Assembly: GCA_017461985.1 (NCBI GenBank)
Contig: JAFTSA010000004.1
Span: 262,053-326,052, forward strand
From: Clostridia bacterium
GTDB lineage: Bacteria; Bacillota; Clostridia; Christensenellales; CAG-917
Length of the DNA: 64,000 nucleotides
Reading direction: 5' to 3'
This document shows, piece by piece, positions 29,836 to 38,135 of the stretch. Below the pieces are notes generated by a model. That model did not search any database and was not told the origin of the DNA. It worked only from the letters and a program-made list of their open reading frames with translations. A program made the translations under genes and the position numbers. The stretch's first letter is position 1; each line of letters begins with the position of its first letter.

Positions 29836-30621
29836 TCAGCACGTAGTGCCCCATCTGTTCATTTTTTCTAAAAGTTTATTGTAGAAGTCGCGCTTGTCCA
29901 CGTCGACAAATCTTGCGGTTTTAGACGACTTTTTGATTTTTATTGTGTTTGTCACGTTTGCGCAGTTTTCACTGTCTGCAAACACAATTGCCCCCTCATC
30001 GTCTACAGTGATTTCAACTGTACTGTCACCGCTTACAACAAGTGTGCGTGAGTGCAATGAGTGAGGGCAAATCGGGTTGATGACCATGGCGTCAACGTCG
30101 GGTGCAAGCACAGGGCCGCCTGCGGACAATGAATAAGCTGTTGAGCCAGTGGGTGTTGACACGATGATGCCGTCCGCATGATATTTGTCAACAAATTGTC
30201 CGTCAACCGACACTGAAAGTGTGATAGGTCTTGCAGTTGTGCTCTTCACTGTCAAATCGTTGAGAGCAACAAGTGTCATGCCTTCAACTTTAGTTTCAAT
30301 AAGGCTTCTTGTGACTACTTTACCGCACTTGACCGCTTTTGCAATGTCTTCTGCGGTCACTGATGATTCAAATTGTGTCAAAAAACCAACGTTGCCAAGG
30401 TTCACGCCAAGAATTGGCAAGTCAAAAGTGGTTGCGGCAGTGAGCATTGTGCCGTCTCCGCCAAACACCAAAAGGCAATCCGCGCCGGCATGAGCGCTAT
30501 CCGCCTTCGCCTCAACAACATCAAAGCCAAGCCTTTTGAGATTTTCCGTCAACTCAACCTTTCGAGGCTGTGAGGACAGACTTTCTTTTGAAAAAATTGC
30601 CAATTTCATAACATACAGCAT
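29836..30621 (-). CDS. nadK: NAD kinase
   Basis: LVFGGDGTML, ALNDL and STPTGSTAYSLSAGGP motifs. Start is either the ATG at 30621 or the ATG at 30609. Confidence 0.9.
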   Translation of the reverse strand: MLYVMKLAIFSKESLSSQPRKVELTENLKRLGFDVVEAKADSAHAGADCLLVFGGDGTMLTAATTFDLPILGVNLGNVGFLTQFESSVTAEDIAKAVKCGKVVTRSLIETKVEGMTLVALNDLTVKSTTARPITLSVSVDGQFVDKYHADGIIVSTPTGSTAYSLSAGGPVLAPDVDAMVINPICPHSLHSRTLVVSGDSTVEITVDDEGAIVFADSENCANVTNTIKIKKSSKTARFVDVDKRDFYNKLLEKMNRWGTTC

Positions 30622-30742
30622 TATACATTAATATTCATTTTTATACAAGACATTTTCAAAATTTAAAGACAAAATTTTGATTGATTTTTATAGAATATAA
30701 AACCACCCGATTAGACCACCGAAAGTGGTTTTCTCTTTTTCA

Positions 30743-30771
30743 TTGACAAATTGACTTTGTGGCACTATAAT
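30743..30771 (+). promoter_or_regulatory. Consensus sigma-70 promoter driving the small ORF
   Basis: TTGACA (30743..30748), exactly 17 nt, TATAAT (30766..30771). Only 6 nt separate the -10 box from the ATG at 30778. Confidence 0.65.
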
Positions 30772-30777
30772 CAAGGT

Positions 30778-30897
30778 ATGATAAACACTCTTCTTTGCAT
30801 TGATGATTTTACAGTCAGCGTACTGGGCGGTGTGGCTGGACTTGCAGTTGCAGTCATCATCATCGTCGTTTGCATTGTAAAAAAGAAGCGCCACTAA
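30778..30897 (+). CDS. 39-aa hydrophobic peptide with a basic C-terminus (candidate leaderless small membrane protein)
   Basis: My translation: MINTLLCIDDFTVSVLGGVAGLAVAVIIIVVCIVKKKRH. It is below the 60-aa cutoff of the ORF track. One TM helix followed by KKKRH. The perfect promoter puts the start site at or next to the ATG. A terminator hairpin lies downstream. Confidence 0.4.
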   Translation: MINTLLCIDDFTVSVLGGVAGLAVAVIIIVVCIVKKKRH

Positions 30898-30940
30898 TTG
30901 ACGCCTGTTTTATAGTTCTAACTTTCAAAACAACTAAATT

Positions 30941-30980
30941 GCAAACAAAAAAATCAACCAAAGGTTGATTTTCTTTTTTA
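30941..30980. terminator. Bidirectional terminator shared by tlyA (minus) and the small ORF (plus)
   Basis: AAATCAACC AAA GGTTGATTT, flanked by an A-run on the left and TTCTTTTTT on the right. Confidence 0.7.
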
Positions 30981-31691
30981 TTTGCTTTTTTTCAAGTGCA
31001 AAAGATACTCCACGTTTTTGTTTTCATAAAAGATTGGTGAGGTTGTAAGCCCTAAAACATCAAAACCACTTGAAACTGCGTATCCTTTTACTAGGTTGAT
31101 TGCTCTTTGTCTGTCCTTTTCATTTAGGACAATGCCCTTTTTGCTGAGGGCAGACTTTTCAAGTTCAAATTGAGGCTTTATGAGGACAACCGCTTCTCCG
31201 CCCACTTTCAATAATTTGAATATTGAGGGCAAAATAAGGCGAAGTGAAATGAAACTGACGTCACTGCATACAAAATCTTTCAAGGAATCCACAACAAGAT
31301 CTCGTGCATTTTGCTGTATAAAAGTGACTCTACCGTCGTTTAGAATACGCTCGGGCAAATCGCATTCTGCCACGTCAACTGCAAGGACAGAATTGACGTT
31401 TTGACGAAGCATCACGTCGGTGAATCCACCGTTGCTGCAACCTATATCTGCGGTGTCAAATCCTTGAAGATTAAGGTTGAAAGCACGGATTGCTTCAACA
31501 AGTTTGTATGCGCCTTGTGAAGCGTAGCCTTCGTCTTCAATTATCTCAACAACCATACTCTCTTTAACGTCAAAAGACGGCTTCAAGATAACTTTGCCGT
31601 CTAATTTGACTTTGCCTTTCAGAACAAGGTTTTCCGCATAAGTCCTTGAAGGCGTAAGGTTATTTTCAGTGAGATACTTGTCAATCCTCAA
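30978..31691 (-). CDS. tlyA: TlyA-family rRNA (cytidine-2'-O)-methyltransferase (S4 plus FtsJ domains)
   Basis: LRIDKYLTENNLTPSRTYAENLVLKGKVKLDG (S4 domain) and DIGCSNGGFTDVML SAM motif. Start uncertain. The track start at 31796 is a TTG 116 nt inside the upstream gene. An in-frame TTG at 31691 sits just before the S4 domain. Confidence 0.85.
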   Translation of the reverse strand: MRIDKYLTENNLTPSRTYAENLVLKGKVKLDGKVILKPSFDVKESMVVEIIEDEGYASQGAYKLVEAIRAFNLNLQGFDTADIGCSNGGFTDVMLRQNVNSVLAVDVAECDLPERILNDGRVTFIQQNARDLVVDSLKDFVCSDVSFISLRLILPSIFKLLKVGGEAVVLIKPQFELEKSALSKKGIVLNEKDRQRAINLVKGYAVSSGFDVLGLTTSPIFYENKNVEYLLHLKKSK

Positions 31692-32382
31692 CGTTTTGCT
31701 TTTCCTTTTCTTCTTCGAATTTCTTTTGTTTTTCTTTTTGATGTTTGCGTCTACGTCTTTCTTCAGGATTGAAGATTGCAATAATTCGTGCCACAAACAT
31801 TATGAACTCTTTTGAGTTGGATATAGCAATGTTTTTAAGGAACGCCTTGCCACCAATAGTCAGTGCTGAAACAAGGGCTGATATGCCAATTGTCACCCAT
31901 TGTTGCCACTTTTGGTCCATACCAACCACAAGTTTAACAACAATTGCTGCCGAGCAAGCACCGGAAATTATGCCGAAAATATCTCCTATGACGTCATTGC
32001 AGACATTGGACACTTTCTCGTTGTTTTTGACAAGCCATAGCGCTGTCTTTGCACCATATACCTTGCGTGACGCCATTGACACAAAGGGAGTAATATCGCA
32101 GGAAGTTGATGCAACGCCGATGCCGTCAAACAAAATACTGCACAAAATCAGGAAGAACAACAGCATTATTGTGACGATGATATGTTCACTTGATGCCGTC
32201 AGTTCGCTAAGAAAACTGATAAACGCAGAAATAAATAAAGAAACAACCGTAATTTTCACGCTCCAAAGGTTGCGCTTCTTTTTCGGTTGCTTTTTCTGTT
32301 TCTTTTCGTCTTGAGAAATAGGACGAGTTTCTTCGTCCTTGTTGATGCCTATACTACTGTGGCCGTCCTCTTGTTTTTCCAT
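31681..32382 (-). CDS. Four-TM membrane protein, OapA-like (OLE-associated protein candidate; possibly DUF21-like)
   Basis: ATG at 32382 preceded by AGGAG. Four hydrophobic segments (ITVVSLFISAFISFL, IIVTIMLLFFLILCSILF, IGDIFGIISGACSAAIVV, VTIGISALVSALTIGG) with K/E-rich tails. Immediately 3' of the large RNA candidate. The track's upstream TTG extension to 32484 runs into the RNA and is discarded. Confidence 0.6.
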   Translation of the reverse strand: MEKQEDGHSSIGINKDEETRPISQDEKKQKKQPKKKRNLWSVKITVVSLFISAFISFLSELTASSEHIIVTIMLLFFLILCSILFDGIGVASTSCDITPFVSMASRKVYGAKTALWLVKNNEKVSNVCNDVIGDIFGIISGACSAAIVVKLVVGMDQKWQQWVTIGISALVSALTIGGKAFLKNIAISNSKEFIMFVARIIAIFNPEERRRRKHQKEKQKKFEEEKEKQNVED

Positions 32383-32402
32383 ATTTCTCCTAAATTGATT
32401 GA

Positions 32403-32992
32403 AATGGTGGCAACAATTCGAGTAAACCTTGCGCCATAGGTTCGGTAGGTTTTCCCGAAGCAACAACTTGTCGTCGCCGACCAAGACGTTTCCGATTACG
32501 TTGCAACCAGCGTGGTTTCCCTACGCTTCACCGAATCGCCACTAAGTGCACACTATAATCCCCGAACTGCTTACGAGAACAGTCTAGAAGATTTCCTTGG
32601 CAACATCACTCCGACCTAGTCCTGTTTTGCAGTCAAGATTTCAAAAGGCCATCGGCAAAGTCCGTCGGCCGACGAACGATAACCGTTCCTTTATCCCTGC
32701 GAGACCACTCAAGGCAGGCTACACTGTCCACAGCGCACGAGCCACCGCATGACAGGTTTAATCCCAGTCAGTAGACCATTCATCTAGAATATGTCCACCG
32801 ATTTGGGTCTCCACGACGATTGGGTCGCCCTTCGCATGCCGTTGCGACACGCCCAAAAGCCTTAACTCCCAGCAACAGCCCAAGTTTGGGCAACAAAAGC
32901 CATCACCAGAAACTTCATCGATATGCCCTTTGGCGATATTTTACCCCCGCCTTCGGTTCGGATAATGCTGACTAGAATACTGCGCCACCATT
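32403..32992 (-). ncRNA. Large structured non-coding RNA candidate, OLE-like (about 590 nt)
   Basis: No ORF of 60 aa or more in any frame across 32485..33147, although the DNA is more G+C-rich than its flanks. It has its own consensus promoter. The 5' AAUGGUGGC (32992..32984) is complementary to the 3' GCCACCAUU (32411..32403). Many GC-rich hairpins. The context (4-TM gene, tlyA, nadK, argR, recN) matches published OLE loci. Not checked against a covariance model. Confidence 0.55.
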
Positions 32993-32999
32993 CAACTAT

Positions 33000-33027
33000 A
33001 TTATACATAATAATGAAAAAATGTCAA
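33000..33027 (-). promoter_or_regulatory. Predicted promoter of the large RNA / 4-TM protein transcript
   Basis: On the minus strand: TTGACA (33027..33022; a second overlapping TTGACA at 33034..33029), 16-nt spacer, TATAAT (33005..33000). Confidence 0.6.
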
Positions 33028-33060
33028 ATGTCAACTGAAGATGAGTCCTTGTCCGCAAAT

Positions 33061-33090
33061 AAAAGCCAAAAACCGCCAAAATAGGCGGTT
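33061..33090 (-). terminator. Terminator after recG
   Basis: On the minus strand: AACCGCC UAUUUU GGCGGUU, followed by UUUGGCUUUU. Confidence 0.65.
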
Positions 33091-33147
33091 AGATGGAGTG
33101 AAAACCAAAGCAATTTAATAGAATTAAATTATTTTTTGAATTTTGCG

Positions 33148-35235
33148 TCAACTGTTGAGTGTCACAGACTTCAATTTGTTTTCAAAATCTGAATAATCCG
33201 CACCAAACAAATCACTCATTATGGTGGTCAACCCGTCATATCTAGAGTCTTTTGACATTTCTTTGGCTTTCATAAGCACTTTGACGTTTGAGGGGAGATT
33301 GAAATATGGTGAAAGTGTGACGCCTTTCTGTTTTGTGCCAAGGAAATCACCTGCCCCACGCATTTCAAGGTCTTTTTCAGCAAGCATAAGGCCATCGTCA
33401 ATGTTTTCCATAGCAAGCAGTCTTTCAAGCGCAGTTGCCCCTGCAGTTTTAACGTGAAGGAAACAATATGCTTGACTGCCGTCTCTTCCCACTCTTCCTC
33501 GAAGTTGATGGAGTGATGCAAGGCCGAATCTGTCAGCATTGAGCACGGCGATAATGCTTGCTTTTGTGTCGATGCCAACTTCAACCAAAGATGTGGCAAT
33601 GAGCACTTGAGTTTTGCCAGCGGAAAACTCTTCCATGGCTGTTCTCTTTTCGGTGGCTGAAAGCTTTCCGTGAAGAATTGATACGTTTAGATTGCTGAAT
33701 TTGCTTGAATACAAGGAATAGAATTTGTCAACTGAGTAAATGTCCAGCCCATCACTATCCTTGATTGTAGGACAAACGATAAAGGCTTGTTTATGGTGCT
33801 CCCTACACTCATCGGCAATATACGAAACCAAATCATCAAGTTTATGTTCAAGGACTATTTTTGTTGATATCGAAGTCTTCGCGCTCTCACGTTTTGTTAT
33901 TGATGACACGTCAATATCATCATAAAGCGTCAGTGCAAGAGTGCGAGGTATAGGTGTTGCTGTCAGTGTCAAAACGTCAACTGCACCTTTATTTTCAAGT
34001 TCTGCCCTGCAAGAAACGCCAAATTTGTGTTGCTCATCAATGACTGCAAGAGAAAGATTGTTATACTCCACGTCTTTTCCTACAAGTGAGTGTGTACCGA
34101 AGATAACTGAAATTTCTCCTGCTTTCAGTCCGTTGAGTATCTCATGTCTTTCCGCTGACTTTGTAGATGATGTCAGCACAGCAACCGAGATTGACAACTT
34201 CTCAGCAATTTTCTTATATGCGGAATATTGCTGTATTGCAAGGATTTCGGTGGGACACATATATGCGGATAGTTTTCCGCACATTGATGCGTAAGTCAAA
34301 GCAAAATATGCAACAACCGACTTTCCTGACCCAACATCACCGCTGACAATACGTGACATATTGACTGAGGAACACAGATCCTTTTCGATTGCATCCATTG
34401 CCGTGGATTGTGAGGGGGTAATAGGGAAAGAAAGCACATTTTCAATGTCAAGTTTTACATTATTTTGGGTTTTATAGAATACTTTTCTTTCTTTATCGGC
34501 GGATATTTTGGATTTGTGGTAGGTTTTTAGGCCCATTGCAAAATCTACTGCTGACAATGTTTCTATGGCTTCTCTGCACTCTTTTTCGTCTTTTGGGAAG
34601 TGAATTTTGTATAGTGTGTCAAAAAGCGCATATTGACTATCAGTTAGGTTTTCGCCCTTGATTATTCCCTTTTCTGAAGCCAATTCAATGGGCGTCTCGT
34701 TGCCTTCGCACACACCTTCAACCGTTGGCTTATATCCAAGTGAATTGAAGCATTCGTAGACCAACTTTTTGAAGGTGCGTTGGCCTATTTCATTTCTTAA
34801 AGGATAAACCGTGTAAATACCTTTGGTGAGAAGTTTGAGCTTGTCAACTGGCTCTATTGTAGGATTTATAAGGAGAGATACTCCCCCGTCTGTGATTTTT
34901 GAAAAAAGTCTAAACTTTCTGCCTATTTCAAACTCAACTTTCAAATAAGGTTGGTTGTAGAAGATTGCATTGAAATAAACAGGCTTTGTTGAAACGGAGT
35001 CCTTGAAGGTGACGGTAAAAGCTTTTTTACGACTCGAAGTTTCTCTAAGGCGGACAACTTCTCCTTCAAATAAATAAAATTGCCCTTCTTCTGCTATGAT
35101 AACAGAAGTGGGCAATCCTAAATCAACGTATTTAGACGGGAAAAAGGACAACAAATTGCCGACGCTGGCAATTCCAAGGGCACAAAGCTTCTTTTCAAGT
35201 TGTGCGCCGATGCCTTTAATCTCAGTCAGTTTCAT
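33148..35235 (-). CDS. recG: ATP-dependent DNA helicase RecG
   Basis: Wedge/OB N-terminus, SGDVGSGKSVVA Walker A, VIDEQHKFG (DEQH) and QLRGRVGR motif VI. Start set to the ATG at 35235 (MKLTEIKGIG), just after the yloV stop. Confidence 0.95.
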   Translation of the reverse strand: MKLTEIKGIGAQLEKKLCALGIASVGNLLSFFPSKYVDLGLPTSVIIAEEGQFYLFEGEVVRLRETSSRKKAFTVTFKDSVSTKPVYFNAIFYNQPYLKVEFEIGRKFRLFSKITDGGVSLLINPTIEPVDKLKLLTKGIYTVYPLRNEIGQRTFKKLVYECFNSLGYKPTVEGVCEGNETPIELASEKGIIKGENLTDSQYALFDTLYKIHFPKDEKECREAIETLSAVDFAMGLKTYHKSKISADKERKVFYKTQNNVKLDIENVLSFPITPSQSTAMDAIEKDLCSSVNMSRIVSGDVGSGKSVVAYFALTYASMCGKLSAYMCPTEILAIQQYSAYKKIAEKLSISVAVLTSSTKSAERHEILNGLKAGEISVIFGTHSLVGKDVEYNNLSLAVIDEQHKFGVSCRAELENKGAVDVLTLTATPIPRTLALTLYDDIDVSSITKRESAKTSISTKIVLEHKLDDLVSYIADECREHHKQAFIVCPTIKDSDGLDIYSVDKFYSLYSSKFSNLNVSILHGKLSATEKRTAMEEFSAGKTQVLIATSLVEVGIDTKASIIAVLNADRFGLASLHQLRGRVGRDGSQAYCFLHVKTAGATALERLLAMENIDDGLMLAEKDLEMRGAGDFLGTKQKGVTLSPYFNLPSNVKVLMKAKEMSKDSRYDGLTTIMSDLFGADYSDFENKLKSVTLNS

Positions 35236-35236
35236 T

Positions 35237-36907
35237 TTATTCTGCTGAAAGAATATAGTAATAGTGGGGTTGACCGCCATAGTATGCGGCAACTTCAAGG
35301 TCGGGATACTCAGCTTCGATGACTTCGGCAACATGCATTGCTTCGTTTTCAGCGACGCCTTCGCCGTAGTACAAAGTGACCATATCGCAATCCGTACAAA
35401 TTTTTCTCACGCTGTTGAGGGTTGCTTCGGTGATTGAAGTGCTCTTTGCAATAATCTTCTTGTTGCTGATTGCAATGATGTCGCCTTCCTTCACCGAGAA
35501 ACCGTTCATACGAGTGTTGCGCACTGCGTGGGTGACTTCAACAGTTTTGATACCACCGAATGAAGCCTTCATGTTTTCATAGTTTTCTTCTGCAGTGCAG
35601 TCAGGACTAAATGCAAGTGCAGCAGAAATGCCCTCAGGGGTGCAGGTTGTAGGAATGACGAATACGTTGACGTCTGCAAGTTCCTTGGCTTGTTCTGCGG
35701 CAAAGATAATGTTGGGATTGTTGGGAAGAACGTAAACGTTCTTGCCACCGGCAGAATTGATTGCGCCAAGAATGTCATATACGCTAGGATTCATTGTTTG
35801 GCCGCCTTCCACAACGACATCAACCATCAGATCCTTGAAGATTGCGCTGAGACCGTCACCGGCACAAATAGAAACCATTGCAAAGTCCTTTTCAGGTTCT
35901 CTCTTGGTCTTCTTCTTTGAGTCGTTTTCGCCCTTGATTTTGCGGTTTTGTTCCACCATATTTTCAATCTTGACGCCGTCAAGCTCACCGAGTTTCAGTG
36001 CGGCTTTAAGTGCTTGATCGGGGTGATTGGTGTGGACGTGGGTTTTGACAAGTTCAAGATCGCCAATGACGAGGACGCAGTCGCCGATTGTCATAAGATA
36101 ATCACGGAATTTGTCTATATTGCTGAGAGTTGTTGTTGAATTAAGGTGTGTGATGAAGAATTCCGTGCAATATTGGAAGGTGATGTTGTCATAGTCGTTG
36201 ACAAGGATATCTTCCTCAGTGGCTTCAGTGCCATTTGCATTGACGATGAGGGCTGCAGGACGCACTGCGTCGTCCTTGATCATCTTGATTTCTTCACCAG
36301 TGAGGACAGCATAAAAACCTTCAAAAATGGTCATAAGACCACGGCCGCCTGCATCGACCACTCCTGCTTTTGCAAGGACGGGAAGCATTTCGGGAGTTTT
36401 TGCAAGGATTTGTTCACCTGCTTCAATGACTTGTGACAGGAACTTGACAAAGTCAACGTTTCTGCCCTTTGCAAATTTGACTGCATTTTCACTGGCAACT
36501 CTGATGACGGTGAGGATTGTGCCTTCCTTAGGCTTTGTCACTGCGCCGTAAGCAATCTCAGTGCCCTTCTTCATTGCTTCAGCAAAATCCTTTGCAGTCA
36601 GTTCAGTCTTGTTGTCAAGAGCAACTGCAAAGCCTTTGAAGATTTGTGAAAGGATGACGCCACTGTTTCCGCGTGCGCCTTTGAGTGCTCCCTTTGAAAA
36701 TGCAAGAGCGATTTTGTCAAGCTCGTTGGTGTCTGCAAGACCCACTTCACGCATTGCGGTTGAAATGGTCAGAGACATATTTGTGCCTGTATCTCCGTCA
36801 GGAACGGGAAAAACGTTCAATTCGTCGATAAGTGCACGATTGAGCTCTAATGCTTTAACTCCCCCAGCAAGCATTTCTTTGAATGTTGTGCCGTTTATAC
36901 TGTTCAT
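35237..36907 (-). CDS. DAK2 domain fusion protein YloV
   Basis: N-terminal DAK2 text (LNVFPVPDGDTGTNM, RGNSGVILSQ) plus the YloV C-terminal domain. Conserved asp23-yloV-recG order. Confidence 0.9.
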   Translation of the reverse strand: MNSINGTTFKEMLAGGVKALELNRALIDELNVFPVPDGDTGTNMSLTISTAMREVGLADTNELDKIALAFSKGALKGARGNSGVILSQIFKGFAVALDNKTELTAKDFAEAMKKGTEIAYGAVTKPKEGTILTVIRVASENAVKFAKGRNVDFVKFLSQVIEAGEQILAKTPEMLPVLAKAGVVDAGGRGLMTIFEGFYAVLTGEEIKMIKDDAVRPAALIVNANGTEATEEDILVNDYDNITFQYCTEFFITHLNSTTTLSNIDKFRDYLMTIGDCVLVIGDLELVKTHVHTNHPDQALKAALKLGELDGVKIENMVEQNRKIKGENDSKKKTKREPEKDFAMVSICAGDGLSAIFKDLMVDVVVEGGQTMNPSVYDILGAINSAGGKNVYVLPNNPNIIFAAEQAKELADVNVFVIPTTCTPEGISAALAFSPDCTAEENYENMKASFGGIKTVEVTHAVRNTRMNGFSVKEGDIIAISNKKIIAKSTSITEATLNSVRKICTDCDMVTLYYGEGVAENEAMHVAEVIEAEYPDLEVAAYYGGQPHYYYILSAE

Positions 36908-36920
36908 ATTTCCTCTATTG

Positions 36921-37271
36921 TTAAACTCTGATGCCGACCACGTTGACTTGGACTTTTTTCACTCTCATGCTGGTGAAGTTTTCAAGTGCAAACTTGACTG
37001 TGTCAGCAACAGACTTTTTGACCGCTTCGATATTTACGCCGATCTTCAAGACCACGTATACTTCGATGAACATAAGGTTGTCAACGGAATTGACCTTGAC
37101 ACCTTTGCCACCTGAGGTTTTGCCCCAAAGGTTGCCAATGTTATCGCTAAAACGGCGTGATACCATTTCGACCACGCCATAGCATTCAGATGCGGCTTGT
37201 GACGCGATAATCGCAACTGCCTCGTCTGATATAGAAATTTTTCCATAAATGTTGGATGTTGTAAGCGACAT
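36921..37271 (-). CDS. Asp23/Gls24 family envelope stress protein
   Basis: 116 aa. ISDEAVAIIASQAASECYGVV is typical Asp23 family text. Confidence 0.9.
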   Translation of the reverse strand: MSLTTSNIYGKISISDEAVAIIASQAASECYGVVEMVSRRFSDNIGNLWGKTSGGKGVKVNSVDNLMFIEVYVVLKIGVNIEAVKKSVADTVKFALENFTSMRVKKVQVNVVGIRV

Positions 37272-37403
37272 ATTGATTACCTTTCGCTATGATTTTACTA
37301 TATGTAAAAATATTTTGCAAGTAAATGAATAATTTTGTGTAAATCGGTTGCCAAACTTATCGTAATTTGTTAAAATGTCAATGTTTTTAAGGAGGTACTA
37401 GAT

Positions 37404-37595
37404 ATGTCCAGAGTATGTAGCGTATGCGGTAAAGGTAAAATGAGCGGCAACCAAGTCAGCCACTCCAACAGAAAGACCAGACGTAGTTGGGCACCCAACG
37501 TCCAAAAGGTTAAGGTCAAAACTGCAACTGGTGGCGCAGAATACACCTATGTCTGCACACATTGTCTTCGTTCAGGCAAAGTTGACCGCGTGTAA
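37404..37595 (+). CDS. rpmB: 50S ribosomal protein L28
   Basis: [39 protein letters not shown] sits 8 nt upstream of the ATG. Confidence 0.97.
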   Translation: MSRVCSVCGKGKMSGNQVSHSNRKTRRSWAPNVQKVKVKTATGGAEYTYVCTHCLRSGKVDRV

Positions 37596-37618
37596 TTAAT
37601 ATTTACAAGCATAACACT

Positions 37619-37648
37619 TGCCCGTCAATTAGACGGGCATTTTTCTTT
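37619..37648 (+). terminator. Terminator after rpmB
   Basis: TGCCCGTC AATTA GACGGGCA followed by TTTTTCTTTT. Confidence 0.8.
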
Positions 37649-37762
37649 TCTAAGTTTTTTGAAAAAACGAAACAATGGTTTCAGCACTTTAGGTACACTT
37701 ACACAAACAATTTTCATATTCACCTCAAATTAAAATATGCTGCGATATGAACATTTGTCACT

Positions 37763-37791
37763 AAAAAAGAAAATCGGCGGTTTGCCGATTT
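37763..37791 (-). terminator. Terminator after the MazG-like gene
   Basis: Hairpin AAATCGGC GGTT TGCCGATTT, with a T-run on the minus strand (the A-run at 37763..37773 on plus). Confidence 0.65.
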
Positions 37792-37798
37792 TTCCTTT

Positions 37799-38122
37799 TT
37801 ATTCTTCTTCATAAGTCACTGACTTCAAAAGTATCTTTTGTTCAAAGCCTCCCCTCTCATCCGCTTTGCTCACACGAATTTTTTCAAATTCTTCAACAGA
37901 TAATCCGCGGGATTTTGCTATGGCATATATCACTTCGACGATGTCTGCAAGTTCTTCAACGCTTTTGTCTTGATGATATTCAAGCATTTCTTCAAAAAGT
38001 TTTTGGTCAAGAAGTTCAGCGTATTTTTCGTCGTCCAAAACCTCTGTTGAGCATGCTTTGCCAGACTTCATTATTATTTCGGGGATTTTGTCCCTGACCA
38101 ATTTGTCGTAGATCTTTTCCAT
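37799..38122 (-). CDS. MazG-like all-alpha nucleoside triphosphate pyrophosphohydrolase
   Basis: 107 aa. The KLVRDKIPEII N-terminus and EEMLEY...EELADIVEVIYAI helix pair are typical of small house-cleaning NTP-PPases. Confidence 0.7.
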   Translation of the reverse strand: MEKIYDKLVRDKIPEIIMKSGKACSTEVLDDEKYAELLDQKLFEEMLEYHQDKSVEELADIVEVIYAIAKSRGLSVEEFEKIRVSKADERGGFEQKILLKSVTYEEE

Positions 38123-38135
38123 ATATATGCGCGCG

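Noticed and set aside
30688-30894. 68-aa minus-strand ORF (MALLFYNANDDDDDCNC...) from the ORF track
   Set aside because: It is the mirror frame of the plus-strand hydrophobic peptide ORF. It has no RBS or promoter, and its composition (a poly-Asp run) is implausible. The plus-strand ORF with a consensus promoter explains the region better.
31692-32484. Track start positions for tlyA (31796) and the 4-TM gene (32484)
   Set aside because: Both are TTG codons giving N-terminal extensions. One would overlap the upstream gene by 116 nt. The other would read through the structured RNA. An in-frame TTG at 31691 and an ATG at 32382 with AGGAG are more plausible starts.
32403-32992. tmRNA (ssrA) as the identity of the ORF-free structured region; its 3' end reads ...UUGCCACCA on the minus strand
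   Set aside because: At about 590 nt it is far longer than tmRNA. I see no tRNA-like T-arm (GGTTCGAnTCC) before the CCA, no GGGG... acceptor 5' end, and no short tag reading frame ending in an Ala-rich peptide and a stop. The genomic context fits OLE, not ssrA/smpB.
37625-37717. 30-aa minus-strand ORF (MKIVCVSVPKVLKPLFRFFKKLRKEKCPSN) with a GAGGTG upstream, between the MazG-like gene and rpmB
   Set aside because: The SD spacing is very short. The ORF runs into the rpmB terminator hairpin, only a weak promoter can be proposed, and there is no recognisable family. The support is not enough to annotate it.
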